Origin: Terriglobia bacterium
GTDB taxonomy: Bacteria > Acidobacteriota > Terriglobia > Acidiferrales > UBA7541
Assembly (NCBI GenBank): GCA_963788335.1
Contig: CAWBGM010000005.1
Span: forward strand, 45,275-109,274
Length of the DNA stretch: 64,000 nucleotides
Direction: 5' to 3'
The notes beneath the pieces are model-generated. The model saw nothing but the letters and a program-made list of their open reading frames with translations, was not told the origin of the DNA and did not search any database. This document shows positions 1 through 8,326 of this stretch, piece after piece. The position numbers and the translations under genes are program-made. Positions within the stretch are counted from its first letter, which is position 1. Each line of letters starts with the position of its first letter.

Positions 1-1545
1 CAGCGCTTCGCGGAGACGCGGGACGCCGTACAACTCTTCGTCGGGGTCGGCGGCTTCGGTAACTCCATCGCTGAACAGGACCAGCGTGTCTCCCGCCACA
101 AGTTTCATGAAAGAGGTCTTGAATTCAGCGCCGGCGATCAGCCCGACAGGAAAGGAACTTTCCGTCATGGGCTCGACGAAGTCATCGCCGCGAAGAATAA
201 CCGGCGAAGGGTGTCCGGCGTTGATGTATTCGAGGTCGCCATCAGTGCCGAGGATTCCGAAGAACATGGTGGCGTATTTTCCCAGCTCGGCGTGCTCGCA
301 CAAAAAATGATTGACGTGATTGAACAAGCCAGCCGGGTCGACGCCCATCGTCATTCCGGAGAGCGCGCCTTGAAGCATCGTCGTGAGCAACGCCGCGCCC
401 AGGCCTTTGCCGGAAACGTCCGCGATCAGAAACGCGGTACGACGATCCTTCATCGGAAACACGTCAAAGTAGTCGCCGCCAACCGAAAGGCAAGGAATAT
501 TGACGCCGCTGACGGTAAGGTGGGGAAAGTCCTTGAAGCCGCGCGGCAACAGGGCCTGCTGAATGTTGCGCGCGATTTCGAGTTCCTGGTGGAGCCGCTG
601 GCGCTGCCGCTCGTACTCGACCAGGCGGGCGTTGTCCAGAATACTGGCGGCTTCGACGGCGAGGGCATCGAGGATTTGGCGTTCGAGTTTGGAAAAGGCG
701 GCGGGGCGGCGGGAATCCAGATACACAACGCCCAAAAAATGGCCGCGCTCGGATTGAAGCGAAGATTCCATCGGGTTGGCACGAGAAATGGCGTACAGCG
801 GTATTGCGACGACGGTGCGCAGCCGCTGCGCAACGATGCTCTGCGCATCTTGAAATTTGGCGCCTGCCTGAGCGATGTCGTCTGTAATCACAGCGGATTT
901 TTTCTCAAGCGCCTGACGCAGCGCCGTCTGGCTGGGAGTGAGGCCTTCCGAGTCAAGGTGCGCGCCGCCGCTGCGGCGCGCGAGACGAATCTGAAGCGAT
1001 CCGGAGGAATCGGGCTCAAGCAGGATGCCTCGATCCGCATCCGTGATCGATATTGCGTGATCGAGCATCGTGCCGAGCACCGATTCGAGCGGAAGCTGCG
1101 AATGCAAAAGCATCGTGGCTTCGAGAAGCAGATTGAGTTTACCCAGGCCGCCGGGAGCGGAATCGACGGTCGTAATTCTCTGCATGCGGGTGAGGAGATT
1201 CTGAATGGAACTGCCCGCTTGGGCGGCTCGGAAAATAATTTCATGGGATGCCTCGGCACCATAGCCGATGACATCGCCGTCCTTCAATTCGCAACGCGTG
1301 ACCCGTTTACCGCCGACAAAGAGTCCGTTGCGCTGGCCGCGGTCTTCCAGAAAATATCGGCCGCCTTCGGAAACGATGGCGGCCGACTGGCGCGAGACGC
1401 TTCGATCGTCGAGTTGAAGATGGTTTCCGGAGATTCCAGCGCGTCCAATCAAAAAGGGCGATTCGGAAATACAAACAACGCGGCGCGACGCGTCCGGAGC
1501 AATGACATCGAGTCTGGCTCCGTCAGTGGCGGGTGGCTCGGGCAT
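1..1545 (-). CDS. FHA-GAF-PP2C (SpoIIE/RsbU-type) protein phosphatase; C-terminus runs off the window edge
   Basis: Absent from the ORF track because it has no stop codon inside the window. I translated the minus strand from the ATG at 1545. It reads MPEPPATDGARLDVIAPDASRRVVCISESPFLIGR..GRYFLEDRGQRNGLFVGGKRV (FHA), then LLEATMLLHSQLPLESVLGTMLDHAISITDADRGILL (GAF-like). PP2C/SpoIIE motifs follow: IARNIQQALLP, GGDYFDVF, FLIADVSGKGLGAALLTTML, YINAGHPSP, LFSDGVTEA. The frame stays open to base 1 (515 codons). Confidence 0.85.
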   Translation of the reverse strand, partial: MPEPPATDGARLDVIAPDASRRVVCISESPFLIGRAGISGNHLQLDDRSVSRQSAAIVSEGGRYFLEDRGQRNGLFVGGKRVTRCELKDGDVIGYGAEASHEIIFRAAQAGSSIQNLLTRMQRITTVDSAPGGLGKLNLLLEATMLLHSQLPLESVLGTMLDHAISITDADRGILLEPDSSGSLQIRLARRSGGAHLDSEGLTPSQTALRQALEKKSAVITDDIAQAGAKFQDAQSIVAQRLRTVVAIPLYAISRANPMESSLQSERGHFLGVVYLDSRRPAAFSKLERQILDALAVEAASILDNARLVEYERQRQRLHQELEIARNIQQALLPRGFKDFPHLTVSGVNIPCLSVGGDYFDVFPMKDRRTAFLIADVSGKGLGAALLTTMLQGALSGMTMGVDPAGLFNHVNHFLCEHAELGKYATMFFGILGTDGDLEYINAGHPSPVILRGDDFVEPMTESSFPVGLIAGAEFKTSFMKLVAGDTLVLFSDGVTEAADPDEELYGVPRLREAL

Positions 1546-1858
1546 CGGCACGCTCGAAGGGAGGATTGTAACACGCGGTGCGGGGGGAATCGCGAATTGG
1601 CTGCTCTTCGATGACGGCTCAACTTGAAAATTCAATCCTCCCGCCATGCAGAACAGGGTGCCGCATCCTTCACGATTTTTGTGAAGGGTGGGGGTTTTCT
1701 CCCAACATTCAAGTTTCGTCGATCATTCACTCCAAACCCACACCCTGATGACGACATAAGCTTCGCTGTGAGACGGGATTGTCACGGTGCTTTAGAAAAC
1801 AGGATGTCAAATATATTCAATGAGTTATACTTCCCGGGATCCAGATGGACTGGAACCC

Positions 1859-4546
1859 ATGGCGATACCTCCCGGCACGCGTCTTGGCCCCTACGAAATC
1901 CTCTCCGCAATTGGTGCGGGCGGAATGGGCGAGGTCTACCAGGCGCATGACACCAAACTCGGGCGCGACGTCGCGATCAAAGTTTTGCCGGAAGCGTTCG
2001 CGCACGATCGCGAAAGACTTTCTCGATTTCAGCGCGAAGCAAAGGTGCTCGCTTCGCTCAATCATCCCAATATTGCAGCCATTTATGGTCTGGAAGAAAA
2101 TGCCGGCTCCAGTTACCTCGTGCTGGAACTTGTTCCCGGCGACACGCTGGCTGACCGGATCAGGCGTGAAGGCGCGATTCCCGTTGAAGAGACTTTGACG
2201 ATTGCGAAGCAGATGGCCGAAGCGCTGGAAGCAGCGCACGACAAGGGCATCGTTCACCGCGATTTGAAACCAGCCAATGTGAAGGTCACTCCGGATGGCA
2301 AAGTGAAGGTACTGGACTTCGGCCTGGCAAAAGCGCTGGCCGAAGATGACTCGCATCAGGACAGTGCGAACTCCCCGACAATGTCCCACGCCGCCACGAT
2401 GCAAGGGATTATCCTGGGCACGGCCGCGTACATGAGTCCCGAGCAGGCACGCGGCAAGCAAGTGGACAAGCGTGCCGATATTTGGGCCTTCGGCGTTGTG
2501 TTGTACGAGATGCTCACGGGAGAGCAGCTCTTTGCCGGCGAGACGGTGTCGGACACGCTCGCGGCCGTGCTGCGGCACGAACCCGACTGGAGCAAGGTGC
2601 CCGCTCGTATGCAACGGTTGCTGCGTTCGTGCCTGGAAAAAGAACCGAAGAAGCGGCTCCGCGACATTGGGGACATGGACCTGTTGATCCAGGAAGGTCC
2701 TGCCCAAGGGGAAGAACCGCTGAGCTTGGGTTCCGGCCCACGATGGTTGTGGGCTGTTACAGCAGCAGCATGCCTTCTGGCCGCTGGGCTGGCCGTGCTT
2801 CACTTTCGGGTAAAGCCCGCTGCGGCACCGGAAATCGTGCGTTTCCAAATCAGGCTTCCTGACAATGTCGTGTTCACCAGGAGCGCTGCCTTGGCGTTAT
2901 CTCCGGACGGCCACCACGTGGCGTTTCCGGCCATCGGCCCGGAGGGTCACCCAGCGGTCTGGGTTCAGGACCTGGACGCCGATGAGGCGCGGGAACTGCC
3001 CGATACCGCTACACTGACGGACGTCCCGCCGTTGTTCTGGTCTCCCGACAGCCGTTTTGTGGTATTCACCTCCCAAAGCGCCAGGCTTCGGAAGTTCGAC
3101 TTGCAGGTCGCCACGCCTCAGGATATCACTGACTCAGCAACCATCCCGATCGGGGGCTCCTGGAATCCTGACGGCACGATTATTTTTGGATCCTTTTCGA
3201 CGGGCCTTTCGAAGGTTCCCGCTACCGGGGGAACCCCCGTTCCCGTCACCGTCCTGGACGCGTCCAGGCAGGAACACCAGCACGAGCTTCCGGTATTTCT
3301 CCCGGATGGGAGGCACTTCCTCTACCTCAGTCTCTCCAAGATCGCAGAGAATACGGGAATCTATGTCGGCTCGATCGACGATGCGCCGGAACGGCAGAAT
3401 AAAAAACTGCTCCTGGCAACCGGATTTGGAGTTTCCTACGCTCCGACGGATGACAAAAAAGTGGTCCGGCTGCTTTTCCTTCGCGGCGATACGTTGATGG
3501 CGCAGAATCTGGACTTGACCGGGATGGAGCTGACGGGTGAGCCTTCTCCAATTGTCGAGCGGATCGGCACGGCTTTTGAAACCGGGCACTTTTCCGCCAC
3601 TTCGGGAGTCCTGGCATACCGGGGCAAAGCCCCCGGCCAACAATATCAGTTCACATGGTTTGACGATCAGGGCAAGGTGCTCGGAAAGGTGGGAGACCCC
3701 GGCGATGTTGCCGATCCCAGTCTTTCACCCGATGGGTCTCGCCTCGCTTTTGACATGAATGCCCCAAAATCATCGAATGTCGATACCTGGTTGATCGATC
3801 TCGCGAAGGGCACAAGCACGCGCTTCACGTTCGGCCCCGCCCAAAATGGCATCCCGGTCTGGTCTCCCGACGGAAAAGAGATCGTGTTCGCTTCGAATCG
3901 TAGCGGCATTTTTGCCCTGTATCGGAAGCCCGCGGACGGCTCAAAAATAGAGCAATTGCTTTTTCAAACGCATCAGGATGTGTGGCCATCCAGTTGGTCT
4001 CATGATGGCCGATTTCTGATGTACGACTCCAGCCAAAATCACGGACCGGAAGATGCTTGGTTGCTTCCCATGCGAGGAGGCGCAGCGCCCTTCTCCATAC
4101 CCGGCACCATAGCGACCATCGGATACGTAAGTGATCCTCAATTTTCTCCCGATGGGCGGTGGATTGCCTACAGCTCCAACGAAACCGGCCAGCCCGAACT
4201 CTACGTGCGTGAATTTAGCGGCGCGCCGGATCCCAACTCGGCAGCCGGCAAGTGGATTGTCTCCCGGCAGGGCGGCTTATCGCCCCATTGGCGGGCCGAT
4301 GGAAAAGAGATTGTGTATCAGAGTCTCAACCTTACAACTCTGATGTCCGTCAGTGTGGATACAAGCCACTCTTTTCAGGCGGGGACGCCTCGGGTGCTTT
4401 TCGATATGCCCGCTGACCGTGGATCAGGTCATGCTATCGCGGCGACGCCAGACCTGAAACGGTTTCTATTGCCGGTTGCTATCGATCAGAAGCTCACGCA
4501 ATCTTTTACGGTGATCCTGAACTGGACTTCGGGGCTGAAGAAATGA
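1859..4546 (+). CDS. Ser/Thr protein kinase with TM segment and C-terminal TolB-like (PD40) beta-propeller
   Basis: Track ORF 1820..4546. I moved the start to ATG 1859 (MAIPPGTRLGPYEIL) because it aligns with the start of the downstream paralogue. Kinase motifs are GAGGMGEVY, VAIK, HRDLKPANV, DFGLAK and GTAAYMSPEQ. The TM segment is WLWAVTAAACLLAAGLAVL. About 10 [WFL]SPDG-type PD40 repeats follow. Confidence 0.9.
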   Translation: MAIPPGTRLGPYEILSAIGAGGMGEVYQAHDTKLGRDVAIKVLPEAFAHDRERLSRFQREAKVLASLNHPNIAAIYGLEENAGSSYLVLELVPGDTLADRIRREGAIPVEETLTIAKQMAEALEAAHDKGIVHRDLKPANVKVTPDGKVKVLDFGLAKALAEDDSHQDSANSPTMSHAATMQGIILGTAAYMSPEQARGKQVDKRADIWAFGVVLYEMLTGEQLFAGETVSDTLAAVLRHEPDWSKVPARMQRLLRSCLEKEPKKRLRDIGDMDLLIQEGPAQGEEPLSLGSGPRWLWAVTAAACLLAAGLAVLHFRVKPAAAPEIVRFQIRLPDNVVFTRSAALALSPDGHHVAFPAIGPEGHPAVWVQDLDADEARELPDTATLTDVPPLFWSPDSRFVVFTSQSARLRKFDLQVATPQDITDSATIPIGGSWNPDGTIIFGSFSTGLSKVPATGGTPVPVTVLDASRQEHQHELPVFLPDGRHFLYLSLSKIAENTGIYVGSIDDAPERQNKKLLLATGFGVSYAPTDDKKVVRLLFLRGDTLMAQNLDLTGMELTGEPSPIVERIGTAFETGHFSATSGVLAYRGKAPGQQYQFTWFDDQGKVLGKVGDPGDVADPSLSPDGSRLAFDMNAPKSSNVDTWLIDLAKGTSTRFTFGPAQNGIPVWSPDGKEIVFASNRSGIFALYRKPADGSKIEQLLFQTHQDVWPSSWSHDGRFLMYDSSQNHGPEDAWLLPMRGGAAPFSIPGTIATIGYVSDPQFSPDGRWIAYSSNETGQPELYVREFSGAPDPNSAAGKWIVSRQGGLSPHWRADGKEIVYQSLNLTTLMSVSVDTSHSFQAGTPRVLFDMPADRGSGHAIAATPDLKRFLLPVAIDQKLTQSFTVILNWTSGLKK

Positions 4547-7236
4547 CGATCTCCGCCGGCACAAAACTTGGCTCCTACGAGGTCATCGCGATGATCGGCG
4601 CGGGCGGCATGGGCGAAGTGTATCAGGCGCGCGATACAAAGCTGGGGCGCGACGTGGCCATTAAGGTTCTGCCCGCGGCGTTCGCGCACGATTCTGAAAA
4701 ACTTTCACGCTTCGAGCGCGAGGCCAAAGTGCTGGCTTCGCTGAACCATCCCAACATTGCCTCGATCTACGGCCTGGAAGAAAGCGCGGGGCTGACCTGC
4801 CTGGTGATGGAATTGGTGCCAGGCGAAACGCTGGCGGAAAAAATCAAGCGTGAAGGAGCGATTCCTGTCGTCGAGGTTCAGGCCATCGCCAGACAGATAG
4901 CCGAGGCGCTGGAAGCCGCGCACGAAAAAGGCATCGTTCACCGCGATCTGAAGCCAGCCAACGTGAAGGTGACTCCGGACGGAAAAGTGAAGGTGCTGGA
5001 TTTCGGCCTGGCGAAGGCGTTGGCCGACGATGGCACGAATGATGATATCGCCAACTCACCGACGATGAGCCATGCCGCCACGATGCAAGGAATTATCCTC
5101 GGCACGGCCGCGTACATGAGTCCGGAGCAGGCGCGCGGCAAAAAAGTGGACAGGCGCGCTGACATCTGGTCCTTCGGCGTGGTGCTGTACGAAATGCTCA
5201 CTGGGGAGCAACTCTTTGCGGGCGAGACCGTCACCGACACGCTGGCTCATGTCATCACCAGAGAGCCGGATTGGGACCGCGTTCCCGCGCGCATGCAGCG
5301 CGTGCTGCGCTGGTGCCTGGAGAAAGACCCGAAGAAACGGCTGCGGGATGTCGCCGATGGAATGGCGACGATGGACGCAGCGCCGGAGCAAGCACTTGCA
5401 GGGCAAAACGCACCTTCCGCGCCCAAGTGGCTCTGGGCGATTGCCATCGCGGGATGTCTGGCCACGGTTGGGTTCGGAGGGATCGCCGCAATCCACCTCC
5501 GGGAAAAACCCCCGGCGGCTCCGCAAGCCATGCGCTTCCAGGTCAGGCTTCCCGACAAGGTTGTCTTCACCAGAAGCGCTCACGTCGTGCTGTCCCCCGA
5601 CGGGCGTCGAGTGGTCTTTCCCGCGATTGGTTCAGACGGCCACACCGGACTCTGGGTGCAGGACCTGGATGCGGATCAAGCCCGGCAGATTCCCGGCGCC
5701 GATCCGACATTCGACCCGCCACCAGTTTCGTGGTCGCCGGATAGCCGCTTCGTCGTGTATGGCGGCATCGGGAAAATTCGGAGGACCGAGGTGTCAAGTG
5801 GCGCGGCACAGGATATCTGCGATCGACCAAACGGGCGTACACCGATTGGCTTCACGTGGAATAGCGACGGCGTCATCGTAATGGGAACTGAAAGCACCGG
5901 CCTTTGGAAGGTTCCCGCCGCTGGAGGAACAGCGGTTCCACTGACCGTCCTGGACGTGTCCCGGCACGAACGGGAGCACGAGCTTCCCATGTTCCTGCCG
6001 GATGGCCGGCACTTTCTGTACTTTCGAGCCTCGGGCGCACCTGAAAATACCGGCATCTACGTTGGTTCATTGGACGATCCTCCAGAACGCCAGAACGGGA
6101 CGCGAGTACTGGCCGCTGGATTTGGAGCCACGTACGTTCCGACCGATGACGCGAACAGAGTACGTTTGCTCTTTCCGCGTGACGGCACTTTGATGGAGCA
6201 GGGGTTCGACGTCGCCAAGCTTAAACTTGTCGATGAAGAGTTTCCCGTTCTCGAAAACATCAGCACGTCTTTTGAAACGGGACACTTTTCCGCCACTCCA
6301 GATGTCCTCGTTTACAGGGAGAAAGCTCCGGAGGTCGGATATCAACTCACGTGGTTCGACGACCGGGGCAAATTCGTCGGAAAGGCGGGAGACCCCGCCG
6401 GATATTTTACAACGGTCCGAATTTCGCCGGATGGAACTCGAGTGGCCTACGCCAAGGGCGCTGACAATAAATCCAATTTCGACCTTTGGCTGATTGATCT
6501 CGCGCGAAACGCAAGCACGCGGTTCACGTTCGGCTCCGGGTCGAATAGTGCTCCGGTCTGGTCTCCCGATGGGCGTGAGATCGTGTTCAGTTCGAATCGG
6601 GATGGGGCTTACAACCTTTACCGAAAACCAGCGGACGGCTCTCATGCCGAACAACCGTTGCTCCGGACGGGGATCGACAAACGGGCTTTTGACTGGTCTC
6701 GCGACGGACGGTACCTGCTGTACGCCACCGTCCAAAAATCGGGTATCGACCAGCCCTGGGCGCTGCCCATGCGGGGAGAGCCTACTCCCTTCTCTCTTTC
6801 GGATACAACCTTTGATGAAAACCGTTATCAATTTTCCCCCGATGGGCGCTGGATTGTCTATCAGTCCTACGAAACCGGCCAATATGAAATCTACGTGCGC
6901 GATTTTAACGGATCGGGGAATTCGGCTACGACCGGCGGCAAATGGATGATTTCCAAGGATGGCGGTTTCAACCCGAGATGGCGGGCGGATGGAAAACAGA
7001 TCGTATACACGAGTGTGAACCAAACCACAGTGATGTCCGTCAGCGTTGACACGAGCCGCACGTTTCAGGCGGGACCTCCGCAAGTTCTTTTTGATATGCC
7101 GGCGGATCGAGGCGGGACAAGTGTCGCGGCCCCCACGCCCGATCAGAAACGATTTCTGTTTTCTATCCCGGTGGAGCAAGGCATCAGCCAGTCGTTTACG
7201 GTGTTGCTGAATTGGGCTTCGCTGGTGAAGAAATGA
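4543..7236 (+). CDS. Ser/Thr protein kinase with TM segment and TolB-like (PD40) beta-propeller; tandem paralogue
   Basis: 897-aa ORF. Its ATG overlaps the upstream stop (ATGA at 4543-4546). It has the same kinase motifs, the TM segment WLWAIAIAGCLATVGFGGIAAI, and repeated SPDG propeller motifs. Confidence 0.9.
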   Translation: MTISAGTKLGSYEVIAMIGAGGMGEVYQARDTKLGRDVAIKVLPAAFAHDSEKLSRFEREAKVLASLNHPNIASIYGLEESAGLTCLVMELVPGETLAEKIKREGAIPVVEVQAIARQIAEALEAAHEKGIVHRDLKPANVKVTPDGKVKVLDFGLAKALADDGTNDDIANSPTMSHAATMQGIILGTAAYMSPEQARGKKVDRRADIWSFGVVLYEMLTGEQLFAGETVTDTLAHVITREPDWDRVPARMQRVLRWCLEKDPKKRLRDVADGMATMDAAPEQALAGQNAPSAPKWLWAIAIAGCLATVGFGGIAAIHLREKPPAAPQAMRFQVRLPDKVVFTRSAHVVLSPDGRRVVFPAIGSDGHTGLWVQDLDADQARQIPGADPTFDPPPVSWSPDSRFVVYGGIGKIRRTEVSSGAAQDICDRPNGRTPIGFTWNSDGVIVMGTESTGLWKVPAAGGTAVPLTVLDVSRHEREHELPMFLPDGRHFLYFRASGAPENTGIYVGSLDDPPERQNGTRVLAAGFGATYVPTDDANRVRLLFPRDGTLMEQGFDVAKLKLVDEEFPVLENISTSFETGHFSATPDVLVYREKAPEVGYQLTWFDDRGKFVGKAGDPAGYFTTVRISPDGTRVAYAKGADNKSNFDLWLIDLARNASTRFTFGSGSNSAPVWSPDGREIVFSSNRDGAYNLYRKPADGSHAEQPLLRTGIDKRAFDWSRDGRYLLYATVQKSGIDQPWALPMRGEPTPFSLSDTTFDENRYQFSPDGRWIVYQSYETGQYEIYVRDFNGSGNSATTGGKWMISKDGGFNPRWRADGKQIVYTSVNQTTVMSVSVDTSRTFQAGPPQVLFDMPADRGGTSVAAPTPDQKRFLFSIPVEQGISQSFTVLLNWASLVKK

Positions 7237-7528
7237 CGGGCGGTGCGTTTTCTTTAATTGATTTTACAGTTTTCAGAATTCAAAACCCGCGGACAGCCCT
7301 CCCTCTGTCAGGGTAAAAAGCCTGTACGACTTCGAGTTCAACCACAGTTTTGCCCAAGTCGAACGGAAATCGATGCGCCTCCGGTGCGTCAAATTTGTGT
7401 TTCAAATTAGTTGCCCGCAAAGTCGAAGCGGTGTATCTTGCGCCTGCCGGAAGACGATAACGGACATTTTCAGTTATATCCTTAGTCTGTAATCCGTATC
7501 AGCAGAACCAAAATATCCAGCCGAGGAG

Positions 7529-8038
7529 ATGTTCTCAATGGCCGATAAAATCGAAATGATTCCGGAAAAGATGAGATGGGAAGTTGCCACGAAAGAATTG
7601 ACCGGCGCCTTCATGGCGCTTTCGAACATCCTGAAGCAGGCCGTGGGGCAGGCGAAATTCGATGAATTGAACGGGGCGCTCTGGCTCCAGGCGGGAAAGG
7701 GCGCGAAGGATTTTGCGAACAGCCTTGGGTTGCCCACTGAGAAGGCCCCGGAGATTGAGGAAGTTACGCATCTGATGGCCAAGGTAGCCATGGGACCGGA
7801 ATTTGTTTTCGAAATTGTGGAAACCAGCGCCGATCGATGCATCGCGAAGACGACGCAATGTCCCTGGCACAAGCGGTGGAAGGAGCAGGGGCTCTCGTTG
7901 GATCCATGCGGAGCAGGACACCAAAATTGGGGCGAGGGCGCTGTCGAAAGCATGAATCCGAATTTCACGTTCAAGCTGACCAAGAATATGACGCGTGGGG
8001 ATTCGCATTGCGAGTGGGTGGTCGAGCGGAAGAAGTAA
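7529..8038 (+). CDS. Small cytoplasmic Cys-rich protein, ATC-hydrolase-like (L-2-amino-thiazoline-4-carboxylic acid hydrolase family) fold suspected
   Basis: 169-aa ORF. GAGGAG sits directly before the first ATG, so the real start may be the second ATG at 7538. The C-terminal pattern CIAKTTQCPW..PCGAGH..GDSHCEW resembles that family. I recognised it from memory and did not search. Confidence 0.5.
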   Translation: MFSMADKIEMIPEKMRWEVATKELTGAFMALSNILKQAVGQAKFDELNGALWLQAGKGAKDFANSLGLPTEKAPEIEEVTHLMAKVAMGPEFVFEIVETSADRCIAKTTQCPWHKRWKEQGLSLDPCGAGHQNWGEGAVESMNPNFTFKLTKNMTRGDSHCEWVVERKK

Positions 8039-8092
8039 AGTTGGACGATTTGAGTTTTGATTCGTTCTCGGACTCAAAAACCGAACGATTCT

Positions 8093-8167
8093 GTTAGCGC
8101 CGGCGTCTCGCCGACGGGTTTTCCGCTCCTTGTGATTCAAAACCCGCCGGCGAGACGCTGGCGCTAC
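8093..8167. repeat. 75-nt inverted-repeat element (GTAGCGCCGGCGTCTCGCCG-type arms), MITE/BIME-like
   Basis: The left arm is gttagcgccggcgtctcgccgacgggtttt. The reverse complement of the right arm is gtagcgccagcgtctcgccggcgggttttgaat. The arms differ by 2-3 mismatches and the spacer is about 20 nt. The element lies in the intergenic gap after the 7529..8038 gene. Confidence 0.7.
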
Positions 8168-8326
8168 TAAATTCCGCACGCCAATCGTATAATGGACTTG
8201 TCCATAAACGCATCTTCACCCCCCATCCAGTTCTTTTCGAAACTCCCGTCAATCGCAAACCGTCCAAAAGATGATTCGATATGATATAAAAGGGTCACAA
8301 TTCGTTTTAATTCTGGAGAGTGCCGC

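Noticed and set aside
211-1614. 467-aa plus-strand ORF, the longest ORF the track offers at the left edge
   Set aside because: Its composition is Arg/Ala/Gly-rich with no motifs. The opposite strand encodes a clean FHA-GAF-PP2C protein across the same bases, so this ORF is an antisense shadow.
6067-7179. 370-aa minus-strand ORF. Similar ORFs lie at 1817..2848, 9377..10189, 11384..12430, 24212..25189, 25975..26793 and 38852..39754.
   Set aside because: They are antisense to well-supported plus-strand genes (kinases, MBL hydrolases, family X) and have no recognisable motifs.
7535-8179. 214-aa minus-strand ORF containing ..RKTRRRDAGANRIV..
   Set aside because: It is antisense to the 7529..8038 gene and then reads through the 8093..8167 inverted repeat. 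The RRDAGA peptide is simply the translation of the repeat arm.
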